From an uncultured Chloroflexia bacterium (lineage in GTDB: Bacteria > Chloroflexota > Limnocylindria > Limnocylindrales > CSP1-4), in NCBI GenBank assembly GCA_963720315.1, contig CAVRFC010000002.1, positions 97,990 to 161,989 on the forward strand: a stretch of DNA of 64,000 nt. Direction: 5' to 3'. Within the stretch, counting starts at the first letter, position 1; each line of letters starts with the position of its first letter. The translations under genes were made by a program, and so were the position numbers. Below the pieces are notes generated by a model. That model was given only the letters and a program-made list of their open reading frames with translations, had not been told where the DNA came from and made no database searches. Positions 25,526 to 37,319 of the stretch are shown here, one piece after another.

Positions 25526-27217
25526 GTGACCCCGCCCGATCAGCCGAATTCGAACTCGCCCGTCGACGAGTTGTCCGACCAATTCTGGGAGGGCATCCTC
25601 GAGCTCAACCCGACGACGGCGACCGTGTATGGCGACGAGCGCTACGACGATCGGCTCGAGGACCCGAGCCCGGCCGGCCGGGCGCGAGCTCGCGCCCTCA
25701 TGGAGAGGACCAAGGCTGAAGCTGAGGCGATCTCGCCGGACGACCTCTCGATCGAGGACCGGATCACCCGGGACATGCTCATCGTCGTCGGCGAGTTGGG
25801 CATCGAGGAGGACGAGCAGGGCACCCATCGGCTGCGCGTCGTCGACCAGATCGGCGGGCCGCAGACCCTGCTGCCCCAGCTCTGTCAGTTCCAGCGCGCC
25901 GACACGCCCGAGCGCCTCGAGAAATTCATCGCCCGGTTGCGCGCCTATCCCGCCTACATGGCCGCCAACATCGACATCCTCCGCGAAGGGCTCGAGACCG
26001 GGCTCACCGCTCCCCGGATCGTCGCGGAGCGGACGCTCCAGCAGCTGGAGCGCTTGCTGGCGATCCCGATCGAGGAGGCGATCGTCCCGTCGATGGCCCA
26101 GGTCGCGAACGATGCTGATCGCGAACGCGTCCGAGAGGTCGTCCGCGACGAGGTCTATCCGGCCGATGCCGCCTTCCTTGAGGCGCTTCGGGGCGACTAT
26201 CTCGCCGCGACTCGGGTCGAGCCGGGTCTTTGGTCTGCCCCGAGCGGGGACGCCCTTTACAAGACCCAGATCCGGGCCCAGACGACCCTCGAGCTGGATC
26301 CGCGCGACGTCCACCAGATCGGTATGGAGGAGCTCGCGGCGACGGAGCTCGGCCATCGGGAGATCTCGAATGCGGCCGGCTTCGGCGACGACACGAAGGC
26401 CTACAGGGCGTCGCTCGCTGCCGATCCCGAAAACACCCCGAAGTCGAAGGACGAGCTGATCGCCCGTGCCCGCGAGGACATCGACCGGGCGATGGCGGAC
26501 GCCCCGCGCTATTTCGGGACCCTGCCGCGGGCCGGCTGCGACGTCAAGCCGGTCGAGGAGTTCAAGGAGAAGGACGCGCCGTTCGCCTATTACTTCCCGC
26601 CGTCGACCGATGGCTCGCGCTCCGGGATCTACTACGCCAATGGCTACGACTTGCCGAGCCGCAAATACTCCAAGCTGGCCTCGACGACGTATCACGAGGC
26701 GGTTCCGGGTCACCACTTCCAGATCGCACTTGAGATGGAGAACCCGAACCTCAACACGTTCCGCCGGCTCGGCTCGCGGATGGTCGGCGGGGCCTACGTC
26801 GAGGGCTGGGGCCTGTACAGCGAGAAGCTCGCCGACGAGATGGGCCTCTATCGCAACGACGCGGAGCGGTTCGGGATGTTCGATGCCGTCGCCTGGCGCG
26901 CGGCCCGATTGGTTGTCGACACGGGGCTGCACGCACTGCGCTGGACCCGCCAGCAGTCGATCGACTTCCTGCTGGAGGCCGGGCTATCGGAGACCGACGC
27001 GGTAATCGAGACCGATCGCTACATCGCGTGGCCGGGCCAGGCGCTGACGTACATGATCGGCTGCCGCGAGATCATCCGGCTTCGCGCCGAGATCGCGGCG
27101 AGGGACGGCTCGGCGTTCGACTTGAAGGCGTTCCACGACGCGATCCTCGGCCACGGCTCGCTGCCGCTCGCGACGCTCTCGCGGGAACTCCCCAGCTGGG
27201 TAGCGACGCCCGCCTGA
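25526..27217 (+). CDS. DUF885-family protein (putative zinc-metallopeptidase-like, HExxH).
   Basis: GTG 25526 with GGAGG SD. Motifs typical of DUF885: ITRDML, YHEAVPGHHFQIAL (HExxxH), GWGLYSE, RYIAWPGQALTYMIG. Confidence 0.8.
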   Translation: MTPPDQPNSNSPVDELSDQFWEGILELNPTTATVYGDERYDDRLEDPSPAGRARARALMERTKAEAEAISPDDLSIEDRITRDMLIVVGELGIEEDEQGTHRLRVVDQIGGPQTLLPQLCQFQRADTPERLEKFIARLRAYPAYMAANIDILREGLETGLTAPRIVAERTLQQLERLLAIPIEEAIVPSMAQVANDADRERVREVVRDEVYPADAAFLEALRGDYLAATRVEPGLWSAPSGDALYKTQIRAQTTLELDPRDVHQIGMEELAATELGHREISNAAGFGDDTKAYRASLAADPENTPKSKDELIARAREDIDRAMADAPRYFGTLPRAGCDVKPVEEFKEKDAPFAYYFPPSTDGSRSGIYYANGYDLPSRKYSKLASTTYHEAVPGHHFQIALEMENPNLNTFRRLGSRMVGGAYVEGWGLYSEKLADEMGLYRNDAERFGMFDAVAWRAARLVVDTGLHALRWTRQQSIDFLLEAGLSETDAVIETDRYIAWPGQALTYMIGCREIIRLRAEIAARDGSAFDLKAFHDAILGHGSLPLATLSRELPSWVATPA

Positions 27218-27358
27218 AGAGATGGCGATGGGCGTGACGGCGTTGCGTCCAGGGCACCGACCCTCGTAGCGCTCGCCTTTCCGAGACGGACAGCTGGCGC
27301 ACCATATCTGACTACACCAACCGCACTACGCCGCCATTCAGTCGACCATAGAGGAGGT

Positions 27359-28858
27359 CGCGCCATGACCGAGATCAATCGCCGCACGTTTCTCAAGGGT
27401 GCGGCCGCCGCCGGCCGGCGCAGCCGCCTCTCCGGTGGCCCGTTCGCTGGTCTCATCGCCGGTCGTCGCGGCGGCAAGTGAGGTCAATCTTGGGCCGCTC
27501 GGACCGGTGGCCGACGAGCGCGACGGCAAGGTGCGGCTGTGGCTGCCTGAAGGTCTCAGAGTACAAGTCGTTCCATGACACGGACGGCCCGCCGATCATC
27601 CTCGACGACGGTGCTCGCTTTCCGGGTCGCCATGACGGCATGGGCGCGTTCGTCGGCGTCGGCCGGCAACAACGTCCTGATCCGGAACCACGAGATCAAC
27701 AACCCGGGCGCACCGTTCGGCGACCTCGAGAGCTCGCGTACGACACGAAGGCCCGCGGCGGCTGCACGACCACGGTCGTGAGCATCACCGGCGAGGTACG
27801 GCAGGCCTGGACGAGCCTGAACGGCACGATGATGAACTGCGCCGGCGGCCAGATGCCGTGGGGCGCCTGGATCACCTGCGAGGAGACGGTCAACGGCCCG
27901 GACGTCGGGCCCGACTTCACGAGCGTTTCGAACATCCCCCTGACCCGGCCGCACGGCTTACATCTTCGAGGTCCCGGTCGACGGCGTCTCCGGCGCCGAG
28001 CCGGTCACCGCCGCGGGTCGCTTCCCCCACGAGGCCGTGTCATTCGACCCGGACGAGGGCATCCTCTACTTGACCGAGGACAACTTCGCGTTCCCGTCGG
28101 GCTTCTACCGCTACATCCCGCCGTCCAACCCGATGGTGACCGGCCATCTCGAGAACGGCGGCAAGCTCCAGATGCTGAAGGTCGTCGGCGTTGACCACGC
28201 CATCTCGAGGCTGGACAGGTCGCGAACACGACATACCCGGTCGAATGGGTCGACATCGCACGACCCGAATCCCCAGTTCCCGTACACGCCGGGCCAGACT
28301 GCGCCGACGACCAACGACCAGGCGTTGACGTATGTCGCGAACCAGGGCCGGGCGTTAGGCGCCGCGGGCTTCTCGCGGCTCGAGGGCCAGGTCTTCGACC
28401 GCGGCGTCGCGTACTTCACCTCGACCCAGGGCGGCGGCGCGGCCGAGACCGGCCCGGAGCTGCTCGCCGGCTACGGCAACGGCACCGGCCAGGTGTGGGC
28501 GTACCGGCCGGCTGACCAGACGCTGACGTGCGTCTTCCAGTCGCCGATCGAACAGCGTCCTGGACTTCCCGGACAACGTGACGACGAGCTCGCGCGGCAC
28601 GGTGATCCTGTGCGAGGACAGCGTCGGCGACAACTTCATCCGCGGCCTGAGCCGCAAGGGTCAGCTGTTCGACATCGCCCTCAACCGGCTGACAGAACGA
28701 CGGCCGGTCGCGCCGCGCGTTCGGCGAGGAGTTCGCCGGCAGCACGTTCAGCCGCAACGGCAAGACGCTGTACGTGAACATCCAGGCGTCGGCCGGGATC
28801 TCGTTCGCGATCTGGGGCAACTGGCAGAAGCTCGGCGTGTACCGGGCGCCTCGGTTAG
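27359..28858 (+). pseudogene. PhoX/DUF839-like Tat-secreted phosphatase, decayed by at least 8 frameshifts.
   Basis: ATG 27359 gives a Tat signal (MTEINRRTFLKGAAAAG) and reaches a stop after 40 codons. PhoX-family blocks are scattered over all three forward frames: NVLIRNHEINNPGAPFGDL, AYDTKARGGCTTTVV, MMNCAGGQMPWGAWITCEETV, DEGILYLTEDNFAFPSGFYRY, GTVILCEDSVGDNFIRGLSRKGQLFDIALNRL, GKTLYVNIQASAGISFAIWGNWQ. Confidence 0.75.
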
Positions 28859-28861
28859 ACG

Positions 28862-29182
28862 TCAGTGCTCCGGCTCGGCGACGAAGCGGGGCTCGCGCGT
28901 GTCGTCGTCCACGTTGAGGACGTAGCGGATCGGCGGCGCGCTCCGGATCGCTGCCGAGCGCTGTCGCGCCATCGTCTCGCGGAGGTCGCGCGGCCACCAC
29001 TCGAAGGGCTCGCTCGCGGACGTGGTGAAGATCTCGGAGGGCACATCAGGCTCGTCGATGAAGAGCTCGCGGCCGTCGTGCAGCCCGCCCTCGAGCGGCA
29101 GGCGGACGAGGCCGCCAGGCCGTCCATCGTCGGTCTTGTATCGGCGGGTCGAGGGCGGAAGCGTTCGTCGTTCATCGCTCAC
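28862..29182 (-). CDS. Hypothetical protein (106 aa), downstream of and co-directional with the FAD oxidoreductase.
   Basis: MSDERRTLPPSTRRYKTDDGRPGGLVRLPLEGGLHDGRELFIDEPDVPSEIF...RYVLNVDDDTREPRFVAEPEH*. Amino-acid composition looks protein-like. The longer + strand ORF 28865..30037 overlapping it is antisense to the oxidoreductase. Confidence 0.4.
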   Translation of the reverse strand: MSDERRTLPPSTRRYKTDDGRPGGLVRLPLEGGLHDGRELFIDEPDVPSEIFTTSASEPFEWWPRDLRETMARQRSAAIRSAPPIRYVLNVDDDTREPRFVAEPEH

Positions 29183-29233
29183 GAGTTGGCTCGACCGCGC
29201 CTCCGCGTGAACCGTCCCTGTTGCGACCGGCTC

Positions 29234-30631
29234 CTAGCTGTCGAAGCCAATTCCAAGCGCGTCGAGCGTCCGGAGGAGCAGCCCGCGCCGGCCTTCGTTG
29301 CGGTCGGCCCGGGCGAGCTCCCAGCGGACGGCCTGGACGGTCGCGTAGCGCAGCGGCTCGGGCGGAAACGGGATCGGCCGGCTCTGGACGAATCGCAGGC
29401 GAAGGAGGTCGGAATCCGGCCGGAGGATGAAGTCGCGGACGACGCCGCCGGCCCATCGGCTCGCCCCGACTCCGAGCCCGGTGTAGCCGAGCGCATAGCT
29501 GAGCCGCCCGCCAAGGGCCTGCCCGAACGTCACCGTGAAACGCGACGTCGTGTCGATCGCGCCGCCCCAGCGGTACGGGAACCGGAGGCCGGCCAGCCGC
29601 GGGAACGCGGCCCGGAACTGCGCTTCGAGCATCTCGAACGTGGCCGGGCGCCGGTCGAACTGCGGGCCCACGCCGTTGCCGAAATGGTAGATCGCGTCGT
29701 AGCCGCCCCACAGGATTCGATCGTCTGCGGTCAAACGGAAGTAGTGGAACTGGTTGTTCGAGTCGGACATCCCCTGCCGCCGGCGCCAGCCGATCGATTC
29801 CCGCTGGTCGGGCGTCATCGGATCAGAGACCAGCACATAGTCGTAGACCGGGACGAAATGACTCGAGAGCCGCCCAAGCCAGCCGGAGTAGGCCGAGGTA
29901 GCCACGACGACGTGATCGGCGGTCACGATGGCGCCGCCGGCGGTCCGAACCCGCACGCCTCCGGCCCGTCGCTCCACCGCGGTCACGCGCGTCAATTCGT
30001 GGATGGCCACGCCCCGCTCCTCGCAGACTCGGGCTAGACCCCGGACGAGCTTTGCCGGGTCGAGCAGCACGCTCCGGCTCGGCTCTCCTTGGAGCCCCGC
30101 CAGCCACAGCGGCGAGTGGACCTCAGCCTGGACGCGCTCACGGTCCATGAATTCGAGCTCTTCGCCCCAGGCCGCCGCCTCGTCAACCCACGCCCGGAAC
30201 TCCTCCACCTGGTGCGGCTGATCGGCGACGTCCAGGATGCCGGTTTCCTCCAGGTCGCAGGCGATCCCGTTGGCGCGGGTGAAGTCGATGAGGGCGCGGA
30301 GGTTGGCTACGCCCTCCCGCTCGAGAGTCGCGAGCTCATCCGGGTAGTGGCGAATGCCATTAGCGAGTCCATGGGTGAGGCTGGCCGAACAGAAGCCGCC
30401 GTTCCGCCCGCTGGCCCCGAACCCGACGGTCTCCGCCTCGAGGACGACCACCCGGATGTGCGGGTCCGAATCGGTCAGGGCGATCGCAGTCCACAGGCCC
30501 GTGAACCCGCCGCCAACGACGACGACATCCGCGCGCCCGTCGCCGGCCAGCGACGGATGCGCAGGCCCGGCCGGGCTCGCGGCAAGCCAGTAGCTGATCG
30601 CCTCTGACGGGTTGGTAGGGGAGTGTTCCAC
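29234..30631 (-). CDS. FAD-dependent oxidoreductase (DAO family; gamma-glutamylputrescine oxidase/PuuB-like or amine oxidase-like).
   Basis: GTG start at complement(30629..30631). Dinucleotide motif DVVVVGGGFTGLWTA. GASGRNGG. Family-typical C-terminal GYTGLGVGAS. Confidence 0.85.
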   Translation of the reverse strand: MEHSPTNPSEAISYWLAASPAGPAHPSLAGDGRADVVVVGGGFTGLWTAIALTDSDPHIRVVVLEAETVGFGASGRNGGFCSASLTHGLANGIRHYPDELATLEREGVANLRALIDFTRANGIACDLEETGILDVADQPHQVEEFRAWVDEAAAWGEELEFMDRERVQAEVHSPLWLAGLQGEPSRSVLLDPAKLVRGLARVCEERGVAIHELTRVTAVERRAGGVRVRTAGGAIVTADHVVVATSAYSGWLGRLSSHFVPVYDYVLVSDPMTPDQRESIGWRRRQGMSDSNNQFHYFRLTADDRILWGGYDAIYHFGNGVGPQFDRRPATFEMLEAQFRAAFPRLAGLRFPYRWGGAIDTTSRFTVTFGQALGGRLSYALGYTGLGVGASRWAGGVVRDFILRPDSDLLRLRFVQSRPIPFPPEPLRYATVQAVRWELARADRNEGRRGLLLRTLDALGIGFDS

Positions 30632-30837
30632 CGCCGCATGCTACTGCCCGCGATGTCCACGCATCGCGCGGAACCCCTGCGGAGCGACGTGCGGATTTCG
30701 CACGTCCTAGTACCGGTCGGTACGATATCCGCGTTGACGCTGCCGATCGGCTTATGCCAAGATTGCGCCCCCGCGTTCCGTACACCGCAACGGCTGTCCC
30801 GCCTACCGCACCGCCCTCCCGAAGCAACGGAGTGACC

Positions 30838-32247
30838 ATGACGACCGAACCCGTGGCCGCCACCGCCACCCCGAAGGCCCTCCGCCGCGAGCGCCAAGCG
30901 GCCCTGTATCGCCGGGCCATGGCGAGCCTGCCGGGAGGGACGAACTCCAACTTCCGCGCCTGGGGCGAGGACACGGTCTACGTCGATCGCGGCAAGGGCG
31001 GCACGGTCTGGGACATCGACGGCAACGAGTACATCGACCTTCGCATGGGCTACGGGCCGGTCATCCTCGGTCATGGCGACGACCGGGTCGACGACTACGT
31101 CAACGAACGAATGCGCAAGGGCGTCAGCTTCTCGCTGACCAGCGAGGACGAGGTCCAGACGATCGAGCTCATCAAGGAGCTGACAGGCTGGATCCAGAAG
31201 GCGCGGATGACCGTGTCGGGGACCGAGGCGACGATGCACGCGATGCGCGTCGCCCGGGCGTATACGGGCCGGACGAAGATCGTGAAGTTCGAGGGTCAGT
31301 ACCACGGCGTCCACGACTACGCCTTGATCAGCGTTACCCCGAACGACATGTCGGAGCTGGGCGACCAGGAGAATCCGGTCGGCCTGGCGTGGGGCCGGGG
31401 CATCCCGGAGGCCGTCGGCAAGACGATCATTCCGGCCCGCTACAACGCAATGGACGTCCTGCGCCGGATCTTCGAGCGCGAGGGCGACGACATCGCCGGC
31501 GTCATCATCGAACCGGTTCTCGGCAACGCCCAGGCCATCATGCCCCAGCCAGGCTTCCACGAGGCCATCCGAGCGTTGACCAAGGAATTCGGGTCGGTCC
31601 TCATCTTCGACGAGGTCAAGACCGGCTTCCGGTTCGCCCGCGGCGGCGCGGCCGAGTTCTTCGGTGTCACGCCGGATCTCGCGACGTACGCCAAGGCGAT
31701 GGGCAACGGCTACCCGGCGGCGGCATTCGGTGGCACCGAAGAGGTCATGAGCGTCCTGCCGGACCACGTCAGCCATGGCGGGACGTACGCCGGCAATCGC
31801 GTGGCCGCCGCGGCGGCGGTCAAGACGCTGACGATCATCAAGGAGACCGACGCGCTCGAGAAGATCCACGCTCTCGGCCGGCGGATCCAGGGCGGCCTGG
31901 CGGAGGTCCTCAACGAGAAGAGCCTGCCGCACACGTTCACCGGCCACCCATCGATGTTCGGGATCTACTTCGCCGAGAAGGCGCCGACCGAGTACCGCGA
32001 CTGGGCGACGTCCGATCACGACCTGTACGACGCGATCGCCGTGAACATGCTGGTTCGCGGGGCGATGCCGGAGCCGGACTCGCGCGAGCCGTGGTTCCTG
32101 TGTGAGGCCCACGCAGACGGCAACTACGACGACCGGATCATCTCGATCTTCAGCGACTCGCTTGACGCGGCACTCGAGGAGCGCTCCCGCGGGAAGACAG
32201 CGCCTGTCGAAGGCAAGGGTGCCCAGTCGCACCCGACCGCCGGCTAG
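30838..32247 (+). CDS. Class III (omega-type) PLP aminotransferase, glutamate-1-semialdehyde aminomutase-like.
   Basis: ATG 30838 with GGAG SD. Motifs LPGGTNSNFRAW, GPVILGHGDD, VSGTEATMHAMRVARAYTGR, IIEPV, FDEVKTGFR (PLP lysine), YAKAMGNGYP, GGTYAGN. Confidence 0.85.
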   Translation: MTTEPVAATATPKALRRERQAALYRRAMASLPGGTNSNFRAWGEDTVYVDRGKGGTVWDIDGNEYIDLRMGYGPVILGHGDDRVDDYVNERMRKGVSFSLTSEDEVQTIELIKELTGWIQKARMTVSGTEATMHAMRVARAYTGRTKIVKFEGQYHGVHDYALISVTPNDMSELGDQENPVGLAWGRGIPEAVGKTIIPARYNAMDVLRRIFEREGDDIAGVIIEPVLGNAQAIMPQPGFHEAIRALTKEFGSVLIFDEVKTGFRFARGGAAEFFGVTPDLATYAKAMGNGYPAAAFGGTEEVMSVLPDHVSHGGTYAGNRVAAAAAVKTLTIIKETDALEKIHALGRRIQGGLAEVLNEKSLPHTFTGHPSMFGIYFAEKAPTEYRDWATSDHDLYDAIAVNMLVRGAMPEPDSREPWFLCEAHADGNYDDRIISIFSDSLDAALEERSRGKTAPVEGKGAQSHPTAG

Positions 32248-32272
32248 GACATGTTCGGGAAGGGGCACGTCG

Positions 32273-33106
32273 ATGGTTCTTGACGGCAACGCAGTCCGAT
32301 CGGTCGATCGCGCCGCCGCGCTCCTACTCGCACTAGGGGACTGTCAGGGCGAGGCTGGCGTCACGGAGCTCGCCCGCCGGCTGGGCCTCCACAAGTCGAC
32401 CGCGTCACGGCTGCTTGCCACGCTCCAGAAGCGCGGCCTCGTCGAGCAGGACGAGGAGAGCGGCAAGTACCGGCTCGGCCTCGTCGTCATCCGGCTCGCC
32501 GAGCGGGCGGAGCGGACGCTCGACCTGCGGGGCATCTCGATGCCCGAGCTGGAACGCCTCGCCCGGCTGACCCATGAGACCACCGGGCTCGGAATCCTCG
32601 ATGCCGACGCTCTCCTCACGGTCGCCCAAGCGGACGGCCCGAATCTCATCGCCGTCGGCGACTGGACAGGCCGCTCGACGCCACTCCACTGCGTCGCGTC
32701 GGGCAAGGTGCTCATGGCGGCGCTCGCCGAGCGGGAGGTCCTGCGGATCGTCCGGCGCGGGCTCGTGAGCTACACGGAACGAACGATCACAGAGCTCGAG
32801 CCGCTGCTCGAGGAGCTAGCCCGGATCCGGCGCCGCGGCTACGCAACCGCCCTCGGCGAATACGAGATCGGCCTGAACGCGGTCTCGGCGCCCGTCCACG
32901 ATGCTCGCGGCCACGTCGTTGCTGCAGTCGACATCTGGGGCCCGGCGTTTCGCCTCACGCCGCGTCGAGTTCCGGAGCTGGCGGTGCAGGCCCGCGAGGC
33001 CGCTGCGGCCATCTCAATCCGACTCGGAGGCCCGGGGCCATCGAACGGCTCGACCGTCGGCACCCCGGTCGCCGGCCTGCCGGTGGGAGTCGCCGCCGCG
33101 TCCTGA
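32273..33106 (+). CDS. IclR-family transcriptional regulator.
   Basis: N-terminal wHTH (RAAALLLALGDCQGEAGVTELARRLGLHKSTASRLLATLQKRGLVEQDEESGKYRLGL). C-terminal IclR effector domain (GISMPELERLARLTHETTGL...CVASGKVLMAAL...AAVDIWGP). Confidence 0.85.
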   Translation: MVLDGNAVRSVDRAAALLLALGDCQGEAGVTELARRLGLHKSTASRLLATLQKRGLVEQDEESGKYRLGLVVIRLAERAERTLDLRGISMPELERLARLTHETTGLGILDADALLTVAQADGPNLIAVGDWTGRSTPLHCVASGKVLMAALAEREVLRIVRRGLVSYTERTITELEPLLEELARIRRRGYATALGEYEIGLNAVSAPVHDARGHVVAAVDIWGPAFRLTPRRVPELAVQAREAAAAISIRLGGPGPSNGSTVGTPVAGLPVGVAAAS

Positions 33107-33268
33107 GGTCAGCTGCGCGGCGGCGGGACGACGCGGAGGGCGGCACGGCGGTCCCCTCCCCGGACGGTCCGACGGAAGACGATCTGGCCGACGAGGAGTA
33201 GAGAGCCCGGCGCCTCGTCGCGCTCCGCGTAGAATGGCCGGGCCAGGCACGACGAGGAGTGAGCCCAC

Positions 33269-35233
<1,965 letters not shown>

Positions 35234-35239
35234 TCCCGC

Positions 35240-35881
35240 GTGCCGTTCAACTTCCTGCGCCGAAAAAAGGCCGAGCCGTCGGCTCCGGCGGCGGCTCCGG
35301 TTGCCGCCCGGGCGCGATCGGGGACGGCCTTCGACGGCCTGACGGAGGAGTGGCGGCTGCTCGGACGGATGCAGATCGAGGGCCGGCTGTCGGATGCGCT
35401 CAACAAGCGCGAGGCCATCGAGATCGCCGACGTCAGGTGGGAGCCGATCGATGGCTCGGAGCCGCTGTCCGAAGCGCCGGGGCTCCGGAGCGTCGATCCC
35501 TACGATCTCATCCTCGTCTTCGCCGGCGAAGGATCGATTCCGGAGATGAGCGACGCGGAGATTGCCGCCCACAAGGTCCACAAGGTGTCGTTCGACGTGG
35601 CTCTCGAGGCTCCGCCCTTTCGCGTGACCGGCACAGTCTTCATGCACCCAGGCTCGGAGCCGGATCGGCTCCTCGATCGGGCGACGGAGATGTTCGTCGC
35701 CGTCGTGGACGCCGTCGCGATGCTCGGCGACAAGCGGGTCGGCGACCCGGAGGTCGACACGATCCTCGTCAACCGGTTCTATCTGCGGGGCGTCGAGCAG
35801 ATCGACAAGCGGACGGGGCTCAAGGCACAGAAGCTGCCAGGGATGCCGCTAGGCGGCACCACCTGGCAAGACCGATCGTGA
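35240..35881 (+). CDS. Hypothetical protein.
   Basis: GTG 35240, 7 nt after the acs stop. MPFNFLRRKKAEPSAPAAAPV...LTEEWRLLGRMQIEGRLSDALNKREAIEIADVRWEP... No recognised domain. Confidence 0.5.
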   Translation: MPFNFLRRKKAEPSAPAAAPVAARARSGTAFDGLTEEWRLLGRMQIEGRLSDALNKREAIEIADVRWEPIDGSEPLSEAPGLRSVDPYDLILVFAGEGSIPEMSDAEIAAHKVHKVSFDVALEAPPFRVTGTVFMHPGSEPDRLLDRATEMFVAVVDAVAMLGDKRVGDPEVDTILVNRFYLRGVEQIDKRTGLKAQKLPGMPLGGTTWQDRS

Positions 35882-36008
35882 TTGCCGAGGGCGCACCATC
35901 CGTGCGTTGACCACTGCGCTCCTCGCTCACGCACCCGAGGTGCGCGCGTGTAAACACGCACGCGCGTTGCGCGCGCTCCGGTGCTCGCGGTCGCCTTCGC
36001 CTGGCACG

Positions 36009-36027
36009 CCCTCGTCGTTCACGAGGG
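36009..36027. terminator. Small hairpin (ccctcg-tcgttca-cgaggg) in a convergent intergenic region.
   Basis: 6-bp stem with 7-nt loop between convergent gene ends at 35881 (+) and 36036 (-). The preceding 120 bp also hold an imperfect long hairpin gtgcgcgcgtgtaaacacgcacgcgcg. Confidence 0.25.
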
Positions 36028-36035
36028 GCGTTGGC

Positions 36036-37277
36036 TCAGACTCGGGCTGATTCTTTCGCCCGACCGAAGAGGCGGAAGCCCGCTTTGAGCGATGGTGTCA
36101 CGGCCGACACGATTGGCGGCGTCCCGACCAGGATCTCGGCGAGGGCGTTGAAGTCGTCGCTGATCCGTTCCTTGGGATACATCTCCAGGACAGTGCGTCC
36201 CTCGTTCGCGGCCCGGACGAAGAGCAGGCCGCCCGATCGGATGAGCGCGAGGGCTGGCATGCCGACCGTCTTCTCCATGTCGGCCACGGAAACGCCGCTG
36301 TTGGCCCGGTTGACGACCAGCGCCAGCCGCTCGGCGAACCCGAGCTCGGCACCGACGTCGCGCAGCTGGACGGCGGCCCGCAGGGCGGGGACGTCCGGCG
36401 TGACCGGGACGAGGATGCGGTCGGCCCGCTCGAAGACCGCGAGGTTTAGAGCGCTGTACGAGGGATGGAGGTCGACGATCACGAAGTCGTAGCCGCGCCG
36501 CGCGGCGGTGATCGCGTCGCCGACGCGCTCGGCCTCAAGGATCTCGGTGTTCATCGGTGAGCTGGTGAGCGCGACGATCGACATGCCCGAAGGGTGAACA
36601 GAGGCGATCTCCGGGAGCGTTTCGTACGCCATGCCATCGGCGTGCTCGCGCCAGCTGTCGGCGACCGTCCGGACCTGCTCGAGGCCGAGCGAAGTGGTGA
36701 CATGGCCGGTCACGGTGTCGGCGTCGACGAGCAGGACCCGCTGGCCGTGATTGAGCTGGAGAGAGGCCGCCAGGCTGGTCGCGACGGTGGTCTTGCCGAC
36801 ACCGCCCTTGGGATTGAAGACGGCGACGATCGTCGCGCGCTTCTGCCAATCGCCCATCTCGGCCGTCGACTGGATGATCGGGCCGGAGCCGTCATCGATC
36901 GTGATCGAGCGGATGCACATCGCCTCGACGCGCCAGCGGAGCGACTCCGCGGAGTACGGCCGCGTGAAGAACTCGTCCTCGACCATCGCTCGCGACGGCC
37001 CGACCGACAGGCGGTCGAGGGCTCGCGGCGAGAGAACCATGAGGGCCGGGATCTGCCGGCCGCCGTCGCGCAGCAAGGCGTAGTACTCGAGCGAGGTATC
37101 GAAGTCGCTCTCGCCGTCGAGGATCGCGACGGCGACGTCGCGGCGACCCGCCAGGGTGGCCTCGAGGTGTTCGGGGCCTCGAATGGGTAGTGCGTCGAAT
37201 CCGGCCTCGCGGAGTTCGGCCACGACAGGGACCTGCTCCTCGGGAGGAAGTGCGATAACGATGGCCGGACGGGCCAC
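36036..37277 (-). CDS. CpaE/TadZ-like protein: N-terminal pseudo-receiver domain fused to a MinD/ParA-type P-loop ATPase.
   Basis: Receiver-like N-terminus (IVIALPPEEQ...DVAVAILDGESD...ALMVLS; the conserved Lys is replaced, FFTRPY). Deviant Walker A in IVAVFNPKGGVGKTTVATSLAASL. Walker B/ParA motifs LLVDADT and FVIVDLHPSY. Confidence 0.8.
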   Translation of the reverse strand: MARPAIVIALPPEEQVPVVAELREAGFDALPIRGPEHLEATLAGRRDVAVAILDGESDFDTSLEYYALLRDGGRQIPALMVLSPRALDRLSVGPSRAMVEDEFFTRPYSAESLRWRVEAMCIRSITIDDGSGPIIQSTAEMGDWQKRATIVAVFNPKGGVGKTTVATSLAASLQLNHGQRVLLVDADTVTGHVTTSLGLEQVRTVADSWREHADGMAYETLPEIASVHPSGMSIVALTSSPMNTEILEAERVGDAITAARRGYDFVIVDLHPSYSALNLAVFERADRILVPVTPDVPALRAAVQLRDVGAELGFAERLALVVNRANSGVSVADMEKTVGMPALALIRSGGLLFVRAANEGRTVLEMYPKERISDDFNALAEILVGTPPIVSAVTPSLKAGFRLFGRAKESARV

Positions 37278-37319
37278 AAATGGCTCCTGACTGGGTGCCG
37301 GACGCAGCCGGCGCTTCGA

